Of a DNA stretch of 51,150 nt, positions 34,875-47,685 are shown one piece after another. The stretch spans positions 186,001-237,150 of the forward strand of contig QPGO01000130.1 of NCBI GenBank assembly GCA_008632985.1. The letters are read 5' to 3'. Source of the DNA: Psammoneis japonica (Eukaryota). Position 1 is the first letter of the stretch. The number at the start of each line of letters is the position of its first letter. The position numbers were made by a program, and so were the translations under genes. Under the pieces are notes generated by a model. The model searched no databases, was not told the origin of the DNA, and saw nothing but the letters and a program-made list of their open reading frames with translations.

Positions 34875-37700
34875 TTATAAAGCTAGACATCTTGCCGCAG
34901 CCCCTTGCCCAAACGCTTTCCTTACGCATTTGGTGTAGGGACCTCCTCGCCAACACCATTCTCTCGCACGTCCTTCCCCCGCAGCTTTCTGGCGTCGCCT
35001 CCGTCGTCGTGGAGGTTTTTTGTGCTTGTTCGTTTGTTCCCCGTTACTGCTTGTTCCTTTGACATCACGCTCGCGTTGTTCCGTGCGATTGGAGCAGTTT
35101 TTCGTCCCGCTTCTACTAGAAGAATCGCCGAGATTTGGTTCTGGTGCGCTTGGCTTCTCTGCATGGTGCACGTCACGCTTTCCCTTTCCGCGACCAGGTC
35201 CCGTCTTCTTCTGAGGCCTTGGTCTCGATTTCGATGCCCCTGGTCCGGGTCCCTTCTTTCGAGAGTTTTGTCTTGATTCAGATGCAATTGGTTCGCTCTT
35301 ACCCCCGGGCCTCTTCGGCCTCGTGTTCTTCTTCTTGACCGTCTTCATGGACGCTTCATTATGCGTGGCTTCGCCGTTACCTTCCATGGGCCAAATCCAC
35401 TCCACGCTCTCTTTCAAGTTAGCACTTTCGTCCTTCTTGTCAAAAAGAACGTGCTCCAATTGATGTTTTGCTTGCCTCCACAGTGTCCGAATTCGTGCTT
35501 GTCCATTCTCGCTGCAAGGCATGGCCAAATCGTGCGGTGTATGAGAATCAAATGTTTCAAAAGGATCTTCAATGCAGAAATTGGAGAGCCTGGCCTTGAG
35601 GTGTGACGGCTTGAGCACACCGTGCATGTGCCCCGCTTTGATAGAGATGGCGTAGAACGTGTCGGGGAAAATAGAGTCATAAAAAGCAAAGAAGCCATAC
35701 AGCAAAACAGACACGGAAATGCTTTGCAACTCTTGTGGCTGAGACCAATTTCCTCCATTTTGAACACGCGCCCAGGAAATATACATAGTGTTGAGATCAT
35801 TGACACAATGGGAGGGATGTCGCTCCGGGCTGTATGTCAGTCCATGTTGCTCCATGAGAACGGGGCATTGAAGATTGGGCACCATGCCCAGACACTGCAA
35901 GTAGAAAACGACAAGGTTCATCCAAGCGTAGGAGCTCAGATAGTTGTCGGCTGCCGAGTTGATCTTGTGGTACTGCGTCCACTTTTTGACTGCCAACATG
36001 AGCTGCTTCACTCGCACGTCCACCAAAGAGTACTCGCGAAGGAGTGAAGAGTTCGCGACGGCGATTTCATTGAGAAAGCAAATGTCAAAACTTTCGATCA
36101 CGAGCAGATTACACACACACACACACGTGTGAGAGAAGAGTAGAAAGTGAACAAGAGTACACAACAGATCATTGAGGACTTACTTGAGAGCTCCGTCTGA
36201 TGAATACGGGTTGTTTGCCAACGTGTCTTTGCCTTTGATGACAGGTACACGTGCCCGAGCCACGGCTTGGATGTCTTGATATCGCTTTTCATTATGAGAT
36301 GAACCCTTGTCAACCCACCGGATCGAATCCGTAACTTTATATACAAGTCGCTTCATGGTCTTCTCAAAGGTTTCTGCTGATATGTCTCCAACGACGAATT
36401 CTCGCTTTGCCAAGTAGGCCTCTGGCAAGTATAACGATAGATCAACGTCGGACGACTCGCCCAGATACAAATCCGACAAGCAACTACCATACACCTTCAA
36501 TTGCGAGCCTCTGAACCTGCGAGAGATAATAGAATCCAATTGGTTCCGTAGAGCATGGACGGCTCGATCGTATGAAGAACCATTTCGTTCCAAGCTCTTT
36601 ATAAACATGTCGTCGCACCAGTTGGCAACATCCTGACAAGTATTCTTCTCCACCAAAAAGTTTGCAATATCACTATCTGTTTGCTCTGGGAGACATGACG
36701 GCAAAAACGTACTCCAATCTGTTTCACCCAACATGACATTGTCGAGAGCGCTCTGTGGATCCTGTAGCCTTCTGAGTATTGTATTCTGCAAAAGGAGATC
36801 CAACTGCTTCTTGACATCTTGGCAAGCTTTGGAGCTTGCGACGTCAAAGGCCGATTCACCAATCAAAAAACACCGGTTTTTTCGCTTTCTCCTGTGGTAG
36901 TTCTCTCCTTGATCCTTTCGAATGTTGACTCCGTGAATGACTAGGCTTCGGTCGTTGCTTTGCTTGTGATACAAAATGGCCGCGACTATGGGTACTAGCG
37001 CGCGAATCGAATTGATGGCTCTGACCAGCACAAGCATCTTATCAGAATCATCGCTTTCTTCTTGAGATGGTGATCCATGTGACGAAATACTAGAAAAGTT
37101 GACGTCTTGGCTCTTGTTGCTTTCGTTTGAAATGTTCGATTTCGATTTCTGCAACAGTCTTGCATGTTGCTGCTTCTCCAATGCCTGGATTTTGTGGTGT
37201 TGGTGACGCAAGTGCCGAGGAACTTTCTTATCCGGCGTTTTCGCCTTTACCAGCGTCATTTTATCAATGACTGCTATTGCTTGTCTCATGGAATCAATCA
37301 TGTTGACAACACGAACATGTCCCGCGTACTCTGGCGGCGTTGACGGTTCATCGTCTGATTCGTCGTGTTTCTTTTCATCGTTGCCTTCAGACGCTTCGTC
37401 ATTCTTTTCTTCGTCGTCGCTTTCGTCCATGGCATCTTCTTCATTCTCAGGTTCCAAATCCATTGAAATGACTTGTTCAGGAGGCTGCAAGGTGCTTAGA
37501 AAGTTCGACACAGGCTCCAACAGTAGCGGTTGGTCCTGAAATGAGGAGGGATCTGTATCTCGAGGAATCAAGTATCCATCGTCGGTCCACCGAAATTTCC
37601 CTAGAAATGTATCAGACGCAACTATTGCCTTATCATGATTCCTCTCATCCACCTCTCCCGGCTCTAGAGACATGGGTGGTGGCGGCGGCGATGAATTCAT
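34875..37700 (-). CDS. Cid1-family terminal uridylyl/poly(A) nucleotidyltransferase, 2 exons (37700-36184, 36090-34875)
   Basis: YGS...SDVDL NTase motif, ARVPVIK, FDICF...NSSLLREY, LSSYAW...FYLQ, IEDPFE...HDLA. GT-AG intron is in frame. Confidence 0.9.
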
Positions 37701-38530
37701 GGTTATACCGGAACTCTCGTGTCTCGTGTGTTCTGAGTTTTTTTTTTGTTGGTTCACACGGCGGGCAATGTTGCAACGGCTAGGGCCCTACCAGCTACCA
37801 GCGATACAGTGCTGCGGTTACAGTAAACGGAATAGTCGTCCGTGCTCTACATGAACAACATGTATGTATCTACATATGTATGTACAGTATGTACGAAGTA
37901 TGCATGTGTTACTGTACCGTTATGGACGTTATGATGTGTTTCATTTTTTGAATCACGTTTTGTCGAAACGCCACCTTTTGCTCAAACATGTCATGTTTGA
38001 GCAAACAGCAAGTTTGAGCAATTGCTCAAACATGCATGCGCCGGTGCTGCAAAACTGCCGTGCAGTGCTGCACAGCGTGACTGCCACTTTCACTGCATGC
38101 AGATGTCAGTGCAAAATGAACACAAAGGAAACAAGAAGAGCTCACAGTCGTCAGAGAAAACAACACAATCGCAGCCATCACACCATGGTGATGCCAATGA
38201 CGATTTCTCAACAACAACACCTTCAAGAAACCCAACAATCTGACAAAAGACATGCCACACAAACTTGCACATGATGATGTTGAAAGCTCCGGTGGGGCAG
38301 GCTCGCTGGGGGGAGCTGTGGCAACAAACAAGGAACAGCGTCATGCGACAACATTGTTTTGTCTTTTGTTTTGATCACAAACATTTTTCAAAGCATGCCT
38401 TGGCATTGACATGCACTGCAATGTTGGCGTTTGTTGCTCCCAGTCAAAGATGCGGCAAACAGATCACCAGCGCAGCCGCTGTCTTTGTGTCATCACAGGC
38501 CATGCATCGTCATGCTGAACAACATGACCG

Positions 38531-38935
38531 AGTGATGAGAGTTCATGTTTCTGATCTGTGGCACAGGTTGGTCATGCACATGATTTTGCTGTTGGTGTTT
38601 GTCAGAGTTTTGGCCCTCTTTCTTTGCTCATGGACCATTGGGTTTGCTGTGCCGATGTCCTTTGGTCCATCATTTTGGTCCACCTTTTTTGGTCATTGTC
38701 CAGTCTGCACTTTTCTTGTGGACCTGGCACCAAAATGGCATCTTTTCTCTCTTTGACTTTTTTGGTTGCTTTTGGAGCCCCCTTCTCCTCTTCTCACTTC
38801 TTGCAAAATTTTGTGTTCTTGAGGACCAGAGTCACTTTGACAGCTCTCTTGCTGTTGAGGCTTTCATGCTGTTTGGACAATCATTGTCACCACACCCCAG
38901 CTTGTGCTGTTGTCTGGCTCATTTCCATGGCTGTG
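38531..38935 (+). repeat. 5' LTR (approximate ends)
   Basis: Aligns along its length with 44854-45256, e.g. CCTGGCACCAAAATGGCATCTTTTCTCTCTTTGACTTTTTTGGT. Confidence 0.9.
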
Positions 38936-41900
38936 AGCTCAAGTGTTGCCATTGCTTTGAGTTGAGTCTTTTGAATCAAAACAAAGTGAAACCTCTGATT
39001 TTGCAAAAATTGGTGATTGTTCAGCAGGATCAGGCAACATCCTGGTTGGGGACGATGACCCCAATCCATTTGGGGATGATGCATCAGATGATTTGAGTGG
39101 TGAGTCTGGTCAAGATTCTCAAGGGTGTTTCTTGGCCTCTTGAGGAGGATCAAGCAATGCTGCTGCGGCAGTTGTTCCTTGAGTTGGTGGCATTGTCAAT
39201 GACATTGCTTGGACCGGTGGTCTGTGAGGAGTTGTTGATCCACACGCTGTGGCATGCAGTCCGCATTGCCAATGTCCAACGTTGTTCCATCATTCAACAA
39301 CAATTGTGCCCCATTGTTGGAAAGGTTTGGAGTTGAAGATCAATGCTGGCAAGGATTGCAAGGTGACTCTCATCAGTTGGACCAACTCTGTTGGCAAACA
39401 CCTTTTCATGAGTGGTGTGCCTGGACTTGGTGCTTCACATCCAGAGGAGAGATCCAAGGACAGGGGCACCTCAAGAGTTGAATCTTGCAATGGATTGTGG
39501 TTTGTTGGACCTGCAAGAAGTTAAAGATCATGTTCAAGACTTGCTCACAATGGGTGACCAATGTGATCATCAGAACTTGCTGTGGTCCACAGAGTTCTTT
39601 CTTGGCTCTGTTGGTGTTGCTCCACATGGTGACATCCAAAAGTGCATCAATGGACCTGCGCATGGGCTCATCATTTGCAAGCTTGTCACTGCTGAGTTGC
39701 ATTTGTCTGCTGCATCAGCTCTCCATGCGGTGGTGGACAAACTCAAGGCTGTGAAACTCAAGGAAGAACCAGGTGAGAACATCAAAAACTGTGCTGCAAA
39801 GGCAGTTGAATTGTGCAGATGTCTGGAAGGTCATCATGAGCTTCCTGAAGATGCTGCTTCAATCCTTTGCAGTGGTCTCATGACATTGACTGTCAAGTCA
39901 TTCTGGATCAATTCATGTCTCTCTTCAATGAAGTTGACATGGATCCAACAAAACATGCTTGTGGCAGCCAATCTTGTTGTGTGTGCAAATGAGTCATGCA
40001 CCAGTTTGGTGGATCGCAAAGAATGGGCACCTTTAAATGCAGGCAAGTCTGGCTCCACTGCATTTCTAAACTGCCCTCCACTGCAGAACAACAACAGTCA
40101 AGGAGGCAACAGTGGACACATGGAAAATGCCAAGGTCATGGTGGACACAGTGGTTGTGGAGATCAAGGCAGATGAGGATGTGGTCAAGGAGGTCATTGTA
40201 ATTCTTGACAATGCTGGAACACTTGCAGTCCCAGAGACCCTCACAGGATTCCTCCAAGACATGGAGAATCTCATGCTTGAGTCTCCAATGGCATGACCAA
40301 GCATTGGTGTGGCAGGTGTGGGTGTTGGGCCACTCATGAAACTGCCAATCATTCAGCTCCAGAGGGAGGCACTGATGCAAATGGTCAGAGTGCCACTGGC
40401 ACTGCTCAAGACTGATCCAAGGGTTGCACCTTGAATGCCAATGAGTGTCATGTCTCTTGGGGCCTTTTGTGCATGGTTCTGGTGCCACTCAAGCTTCCCA
40501 AGAATGTGCTTTGACCTGGAACACATTGAATTGGATTTTTGTGGGTTGTGCTTTGGTGCACAACTTGCCAAACTGGTGGGCCAGTGGATTGTTGGTTTGC
40601 TGTTCACAAAGCACCCCATTCTCTTTAACCAACTGTTCCAGAAGGCTCAACAAACAATGTTTTGTTTGACATTCTGTCATCAATTTTTCCATGTGTTGGT
40701 GATTGCTTTGATGTTTGTTGGGGTTTGTCAAGAAGTGCTGCGGCCAAGATCTTCCAAGAAACGTCATGCGACTGTTCAAGAAATCAAATGTCTGCATGAC
40801 AAAGCACCAGACTTTGATTTTAAACAATGCTGTCCTTGTTGTGATGAGTCAACTCACAAGATCATAAACCAAGATTTGGATCTGCCTGCTTCAAATGTTG
40901 TGTCGTGCATGCTCACATGCCATTTTGTGAATGTTGATTTGTGGGAACAAGTTGATCATCTTCTGATGTCCTTTTCATCCCCTCAAGACAAGCGATTTGA
41001 GATCTCATTTGATTGTGGGGCAAGTGCAACTTCCACTTTTGACAAGGAAGATTTTGCACCTGGAACTTTCAAGCCATTTGACAACACTGAGCCACTTCCT
41101 TCTTCTTCAGATGTCAGATGTCATGTTGATGTTAAAGGTGTGGAAGTTGTTGAGTGGATGGTGTTTGATGATGCCGGATGTGAGTGATGTGTCTGCACTG
41201 AGTGCTTTTGCATTTCAACCTCTCCTGTGAAGTTGTTGAGTGTTGCTCATCATGGGCACAACAAGAATGGCAGCGGCTTGGGCTGCAGGCTCAAAAAGGA
41301 TCATGCATTCTTTCATTGGCATGATGGCAGTGCTGTTGCCATGCCTCATCATGAAACTGACAGGCTTCCCATCACAATTGGAAGGAATCCTTTTTTGGCA
41401 GTGAACCAGAAGAAATGCATCTGTGCATGCATGACAGACAAATTCAACCACAATTTGTCACAGAAGCAAAAGAGACTGTTGCGGTGGCACTTTTGCTTTG
41501 GTCATCTTGGCTTTGATCACATTGAATGGTCAGTCAGGAAAGAGTGCCTTGGACATGCTGCAAGAAATGTCAGCTCTGTCACTGTCAACAATCCCAAGTG
41601 TGCCACTTGTCAACATGGTTGAATGACTCATCATCTGACCAGGACTGTGCAAACTGAGAAGGTTCTCAGTTGGGATCAATCTCTCAAGACTGACATTCTT
41701 CATCCTGGACAAGCAGTTGCTGCAGACCAGCATGTGTCCTCCATTCAAGGTCATCTGTTTGAGTCCCACAGGAAGACCAAAAAGGCAGACAAATGTGGCG
41801 GCAGAACTGTTTTTGTTGACATTGCATCCAGCAAGGTGTCAGTTTATCCTCAGGTCATGTCCAGTGCTTTCAAAACTGTCAAGAGCAAAACAGCTTTCAT

Positions 41901-44468
41901 GAGAGAGGCTGTTTCTGCTGGAGTTTCTATTCAAGCATGTCAATCAGATGATGGCATCTTTGTGAGTGAAAAATTCCTTAAGGAAATTGAGGAAAAAGGT
42001 CAGGGTGGGAAGCTGGCTGGTGTTGGCACACTCCATCAGAATGCTGTTGTCGAGCAAGCAATTTGCACTGTTGCTGAAAGGGCAAGAACTGTGATGTTTC
42101 ACACTGCAGATTGATGGCCAGATGCAGCAGAGTTGGATTTGTGGCCCATGGCCATGAGTCATTCTGTCCACTTGTGGAACTTGACCCCACAATTGGATTT
42201 TGATGGATCATGTCCCAAAGAAGTCTTCACGGAAGTGAAAGTTTCTCACAGTTCAACCCTCACAAATTGGCAGTTTGGGGATGCCTGACCTGTGTGTTGG
42301 ATCCAACATTGCAAGATGGCAAGAAAATTCCATGTTGGAAGGCCCAAAGTTGCAGAGGACAGTTCATGGGTCACTTGTCTGTCCATGCAAGCAATGTTGG
42401 TTTAATCCAAAACCTCAAGAGCAGTTCTACATTGCCTCCATTCCATGTTGTTTGCAACAATTGGTTTGAGATGGTTCACTCGGATGATGAGCGGAGGCCA
42501 CCACGCAATTGGTTGGACCTCCTCACCACTTTGAGATGTTGTGTGGATGCCAATGATGGCTTGGCATTGCCTCCATTGTCAGATGATTGGCTCGCTGCTG
42601 AAGAATTGCACAATCAACCACATGCCAAACAGGAAGAGTCAAGGAGGCAATGACAAGCATGAGTGTTGGTGCAGATAGAACAGAGGGAGAGGATGCCTGG
42701 ATTGCCTGGGGCACCTTCTTCTTCTCAAAGATGATCCAATGCTCCTGGATGGTTGAGTGTTCCATGTTCTGATGATGCTTCACCAGATCTTCCATTGTCT
42801 CCAGATTGCATTTATGATGAAGTCGCTCCTCCAATGTTGAATCTCCTTTGGCTCCAGCTGACATGACAGAGGCTCCAGAGGGAGACTGCAGAGTTCCCAG
42901 ATCTCAAAAAGTGCCTTTGACCACCAATGATGATGACCATTTCCCAGAAGCTCCAGATGCCACAACTCTGATTCAGACATGCTCTGGAAGAATGGCTTGT
43001 TCTCCAGATTGTTGTGGCTGTGAAGGAACAAATGAACATGGTTGTGATGGGCATGCTCTCAAGGCGTGGCTTTTTTCATTTCCAACTTAACTTGTTGGTT
43101 CAAGTCTGGTTGCAGCACAGTGGCATTTGCAAAGATTCACACAATGTTTGCTGACCTCGACAGTGATGGCATCGATGCTGCACATCCACTGTCGGCACAT
43201 TTGTTGGATTCTTTTGCAAGCAAGAAGACTCGCAATCCTGATGCTCCTTCACATCATGAAGCAGTGGCAAGGCCATGTGTGGAAGAGTTCAAGAAAACCA
43301 TGCATTCTGAGATTAATGACTTGATGTGATGCAATTCATTTGCTCCAGTGCTGCTGCATGAGTTGGTGCCATCAAATGCAAATGTTTTGCCTGGTGCTTG
43401 GGCATTTAAGATCAAGAGACACCCTGATGGATGTCTCAAGAAGTTCAAGGCGCGGTTTTGCATGCAAGGGAACCATCAACAAGAAGGGGTTGATTTCTTT
43501 GAGACTCACACTCCAGTGGTCCAGCAGAGCATGGTTTGGTTGCTCGTGAGTCTGTCAAATCTGTGCAGATTGGCATCTTGTCCAGTTCATTGTGTCTTTG
43601 CTTCTGCTCAGGCAGAAGTTGAAGAGGATGTTTGTGTTGAATTACCCAAGCTCTGTGAGATGGAACATGAAGGTGACTGCATTTTAAAGCTCAACAAGAG
43701 CTCACATGGATTGCATCAAGCCACAGCTGCATGGTTCCAGCATCTGTCCAAGGGTCTGGAAGAGGTCAGATTGCACTCCAGCAAGAATGATCCATGTTTG
43801 TTCATTGGCAAAGATGTTGTTTGTTTTGTGTGTGTTGATGATTGTTTGTTCTTTGTAAAGGATCTTACAAAAATCAATTGTGTTGTGAGTGAAGTCAAGG
43901 CCAATGATTGTGAACTTGACATCAAGGACAATGCAAGAATGGTTTTCTTGGCATTGACATTGATGGGGACAATGAGGCTGGGACTGTCCATCTCACTCAA
44001 AAGGGTCTCATCAAAAAGATCATTGCTGCTGTGAACATGGAGGATTGTCATGTCAAGAAGACTCCGGCCAGCTCAGCTCCTTTGGCTGCTGATGCTGACA
44101 GATCCGAGCAAGTCAAATCATGGATCCACGCAAGTTTCATTGGCAGCATGCTCCATTTGGCTTCCAATGCAAGGCCTGATGTCCAACGTGTGGTTCACAG
44201 CTGTGCCAGGTTCAAGCACAATCTCAAGAACAGCCATGAGGAAGTGGTGAAGTGGATTGTTGGGTGTCTTCAAGGCATGAAGGATCTCTCAGGCAATGAG
44301 AGTTCCACCACCCATGAAAGAGCTTGTCAAAGAGGCTTCTTCTTTGATGAGCATCTGAAATGTTGTTCCACTCTGCCAGTTTTGAGGATGACAACAGTGC
44401 TTTGATGTTGGCAACAATGCCAAAGATGACTCCATGCACCAAGAACATCAGGGTCAAGTGTCCCTTTT

Positions 44469-44516
44469 CAAGTCTCATGTTTCAAAACCTGACAAGTCTC
44501 ATGTTTCAAAACCTGA
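44469..44516 (+). repeat. Perfect 24-bp tandem duplication in the copia RNase H region
   Basis: CAAGTCTCATGTTTCAAAACCTGA twice. Confidence 0.95.
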
Positions 44517-44853
44517 CTCTGTGATTTGCACTCAGAAGATTGCCAGTGAAGAGCAGTGGGCTGACACTTTGACAAAGGGTTTGGTGCAAGAGAAGTTTGA
44601 TTGTTTGTGGAAGAAGGTTGTGGGGTGTTGAGATGTGGTGGATTCATTCATGTGCATGTTGATTTGAGTTAAAATGCATGTGTTGCACACAAAAAATGGG
44701 GTGATGGTGATCAGGTGTGATGACTGGGGTTGTTGCATCTCTGCATGTGGTTTCATGTCATTGCATGATGGGTTGTGTTTTGGTGCAAACTTTGTTTTGA
44801 AATCTCAGTGGGACAATCTGACATCTTGAAGTCAACATCTTCTCAAGAGGGAG

Positions 44854-45256
44854 AGCAACAAGAGCTCCAGTTTCTGATCTGTGATGTGGGTTGGTGATGC
44901 ACGCGATTTTGCTGTTTTGGTGTTTGTGAGAGTTTTGGTCCTCTTTCTTTGCTTGTGGACTGTTGAGTTTTATGTGCCAATGTCTTTTGGTCCATCATTT
45001 TGGTCCACTTTTTGGTCATTGTCCAATCTACACTTTTCTCATGTGCCTGGCACCAAAATGGCATCTTTTCTCTCTTTGACTTTTTTGGTCACTTTTAGAG
45101 CTCCCTTCTCCTCTTCTCACTTCTTGTGGATTTTCATGTTCATGAGGACCAGGATCACTTCAACAGCTCTCTTAACATTGAGCAGGCTCACATGCCATTT
45201 AGGCAATTGTTGTCACCCCAGCTCATGCTGTTGTCCGGCTCATTTCCGTGACTGTG
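44854..45256 (+). repeat. 3' LTR (approximate ends)
   Basis: Immediately follows the polypurine tract and aligns with the 5' LTR. Confidence 0.9.
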
Positions 45257-46299
45257 CATGTTTGAGCAATTGCTCAGCTCAAACTCTTGGTTGGACAAAA
45301 AGCCAAGACTGGAACTCTTGGTTGTGACCATCAAATGTTGCTTGGTGTTGTGTTCTTGCTCATGTCCATTGTGATTGTGCACATGCACATGTTTGAGCAG
45401 TTTTCCCACATGGTGCTGCTTGCCTGCCTGCCTGCTGGCCTGCCTGCATCATGGCCGACCGCAAGCAAAAAACAGGTCTGTCCTCTTCCAACCAGTCTGT
45501 CCTCTTGCAAGAGCAAACTTTGTAAACCCACTCTAAGAGTGGCTTCCCATTGTTTCACATGCAAAACCCACCTGCTAAAATGGTCAGAAGGTCAACAGAG
45601 ATCTTTGTGAAAACAGCGGCATAAAAGAGTGTTGCATCATAGCACAATCAGGGGCCAATGATGGAACATCACCATTTTCTGTAAAAAATCCATGGTGTGA
45701 GAATTTACAGAGATTTTTCTGGGATCAGTTTGATCATCAATTGTCACCATTGTTGTGTGCTTTCAATGTTGTCCATTTCAAATTCAAAATTGCATCTCTG
45801 AAAGACCACCCTCTTGCTCACTGCAACCACCACATCAAGCCCTCCACAGTGTTGTGTCCTTGTTGTTCATCATGGCATCAAAGCAACTGCCTCATCTGGC
45901 CCACCACAGTGCATCCTCTTTGATTGTCGCATCAACAAAAGACTCTGATGATCAAAACAAAAGCAGCCTGCACCCATGATCTGGTTGCCTGGCAAGCTCC
46001 TTCAAAAAAAGCTACAATGAAGGTTGTCAAGACTGCAAAAGCAAAACCTGCCACATGGATTCATTCCAGGATTGGCACTCAGCCACAACTTCAAAAAGGA
46101 TGACGTGTGCAATGCACTCAAGAAATAAAAACAGGTGGCTGCCAATGCAAGTGAGTTGCACACCATGCCGGTGCTGCCACATCACAAACTCCTTCACCAG
46201 TCATCACTCCATCAACTTCTGTAAAACATGCCAAGGGAGGCAGACCCAAAAGAGCCACAGCAAAAGCAGCCACATAAAAGCAAGCAAACACCAGTGCAG

Positions 46300-46800
46300 C
46301 ACATGTGCACGCAACTGAAGACCTCCTCAGGAGACATCACGAGTCCTCAAAAAAACTTCCCCTGGGCACTCTAGACCAAATTGTTGCCCAAGCAAAACAA
46401 AAGCATTTTTTGGATGATGAAGTCACACTGTCCAAACACACAACAAACAAACAAACAAACAAACAAGCACTCCAAAATGAGTCAAACCCACAAGGTCTCC
46501 ATTCACAGTGGCTCCACTGAAACCCACACCAGTCAAGCACTTGATGGTGTTGCAGCTGTGTCAAGTCACTGTTGAAACAGAAAGAGTTTCTTGAAGCTGC
46601 CAACTTCCTCATCAAAGGATCCGAGATGGAGAAAGAAGTGGTCAAATGGAGCAGGAAAACTGTGGCTGGGGGAACCATCCAATGAAGACAATCCATTGGT
46701 CAAGCTGGGATCCAAGTGCTGCCAGGGCTTCATGAAATGGACAAGGATGAATTGGCAACAAAACAAAATTAACTTGTACAAAGGTGCCAAAAGGCAGAGG
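46300..46800 (+). mobile_element. Decayed pogo/Tc5-like transposase N-terminal (HTH) fragment
   Basis: KLPLGTLDQIVAQAKQKH, LKQKEFLEAANFLIKG, KLGSKCCQGFMK resemble CENP-B-type HTH regions of diatom pogo-like transposases (recognised by motif only). Confidence 0.45.
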
Positions 46801-47685
46801 ACAGTTTGGTTTTTTACTTGCAGCATGCATGCCTGCCTGCCTGTGACCTGTCTGCCTTGCCTGCCCACCTGAGCCCTGCCCACCTGAGCCCTGCCCCCAG
46901 TGTTCCTGTGCTCTCCACTGGCAGTGGCTCTGGCAGAGCAGCCACCAGAGCAGAGCCAGGGCCCTGCTGTGCAGCATTGCAGGCTGCAGGGCTGGGCCCT
47001 CCAGCTGCTGCCCCCTCCCCCCCCCCAGAGTGCACTTGCCCCCTCCCTGCTGCCTCAGAGGCGGGCCCTGGCATGGCTCCTGTCTCCAGGTTTTCCTGCC
47101 TCAGGAGTGGCTGTGGTTGTTGTGCTGCTGCTGGTGGTGGTTGCTGTGGCAGTTGTGCTAGATGGACGGGCATCGTGCTGGCACTTTGGGCATTTGTGGG
47201 GCACATTGTGTGTTTTTGCCCCTGGCTGCTGAGCGGCTCTTCGATTTCATTGAAAAGGCATCTGTGGCAGAAAATGAAAGGGGTGGGGTTTTCCCATGAA
47301 TGAAGCAGTGGTGGAAGGTGTCCTGTGCCTGGTGATGGCATTTAAACTGTCTCTTGGGCTTGCTGCAAGCTCTTTAGAAGAATGTTTGAAGCAGTCGATG
47401 GGCAATGAGGTATCTCATGTTTGTAACCATTCATTAGGCTTTCAATGAACTCAGGGGCAACGGATTCTTGCTATCAGGAACTACGAATTTCAACGGAAAT
47501 AATAATTTATCATGTTACAACGCTTTACTTTATTCAATAATTTTTTTCATAATATTATCTTCCGTTGGAAATTTCGAATTTTTTTGAAATCATAAGAACG
47601 GGAGAGAGAGAGCAGGTTTTTTTTCTCATCTTCCCTTCTCGCACTTGCTTGTCTTTTATGCGAGGAACGGATGAAAGAGTGCGCA

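Larger units (their letters stand above)
38531..45256 (+). mobile_element. Near full-length decayed Ty1/copia LTR retrotransposon
   Basis: Two LTRs. Protease FDCGAS, pre-integrase LLRWHFCFGH...CATCQ, integrase (FVDIAS, SDDGIF, HQNAVVE), RT (WAFKIKR, KKFKARFC, VCVDD), RNase H (QWADTLTKGL). PPT AAGAGGGAG at 44845-44853. Confidence 0.92.
37935..47340. other. TpA- and CpG-depleted (hypermutated) repeat domain
   Basis: Only a few TA per kb, mostly TTAA/CTAA/TTAG. CG rare. Confidence 0.9.

Noticed and set aside
36110..36130. (CA)n tract as a sign of hypermutation
   Set aside because: It is an ordinary microsatellite inside an intron, and the flanks retain TA and CG.
38531..45256. Classical fungal RIP or simple CpG deamination as the full explanation
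   Set aside because: RIP would raise TpA and create stops and Tyr, the opposite of what is seen. CpG deamination cannot turn Tyr codons into Cys/His.
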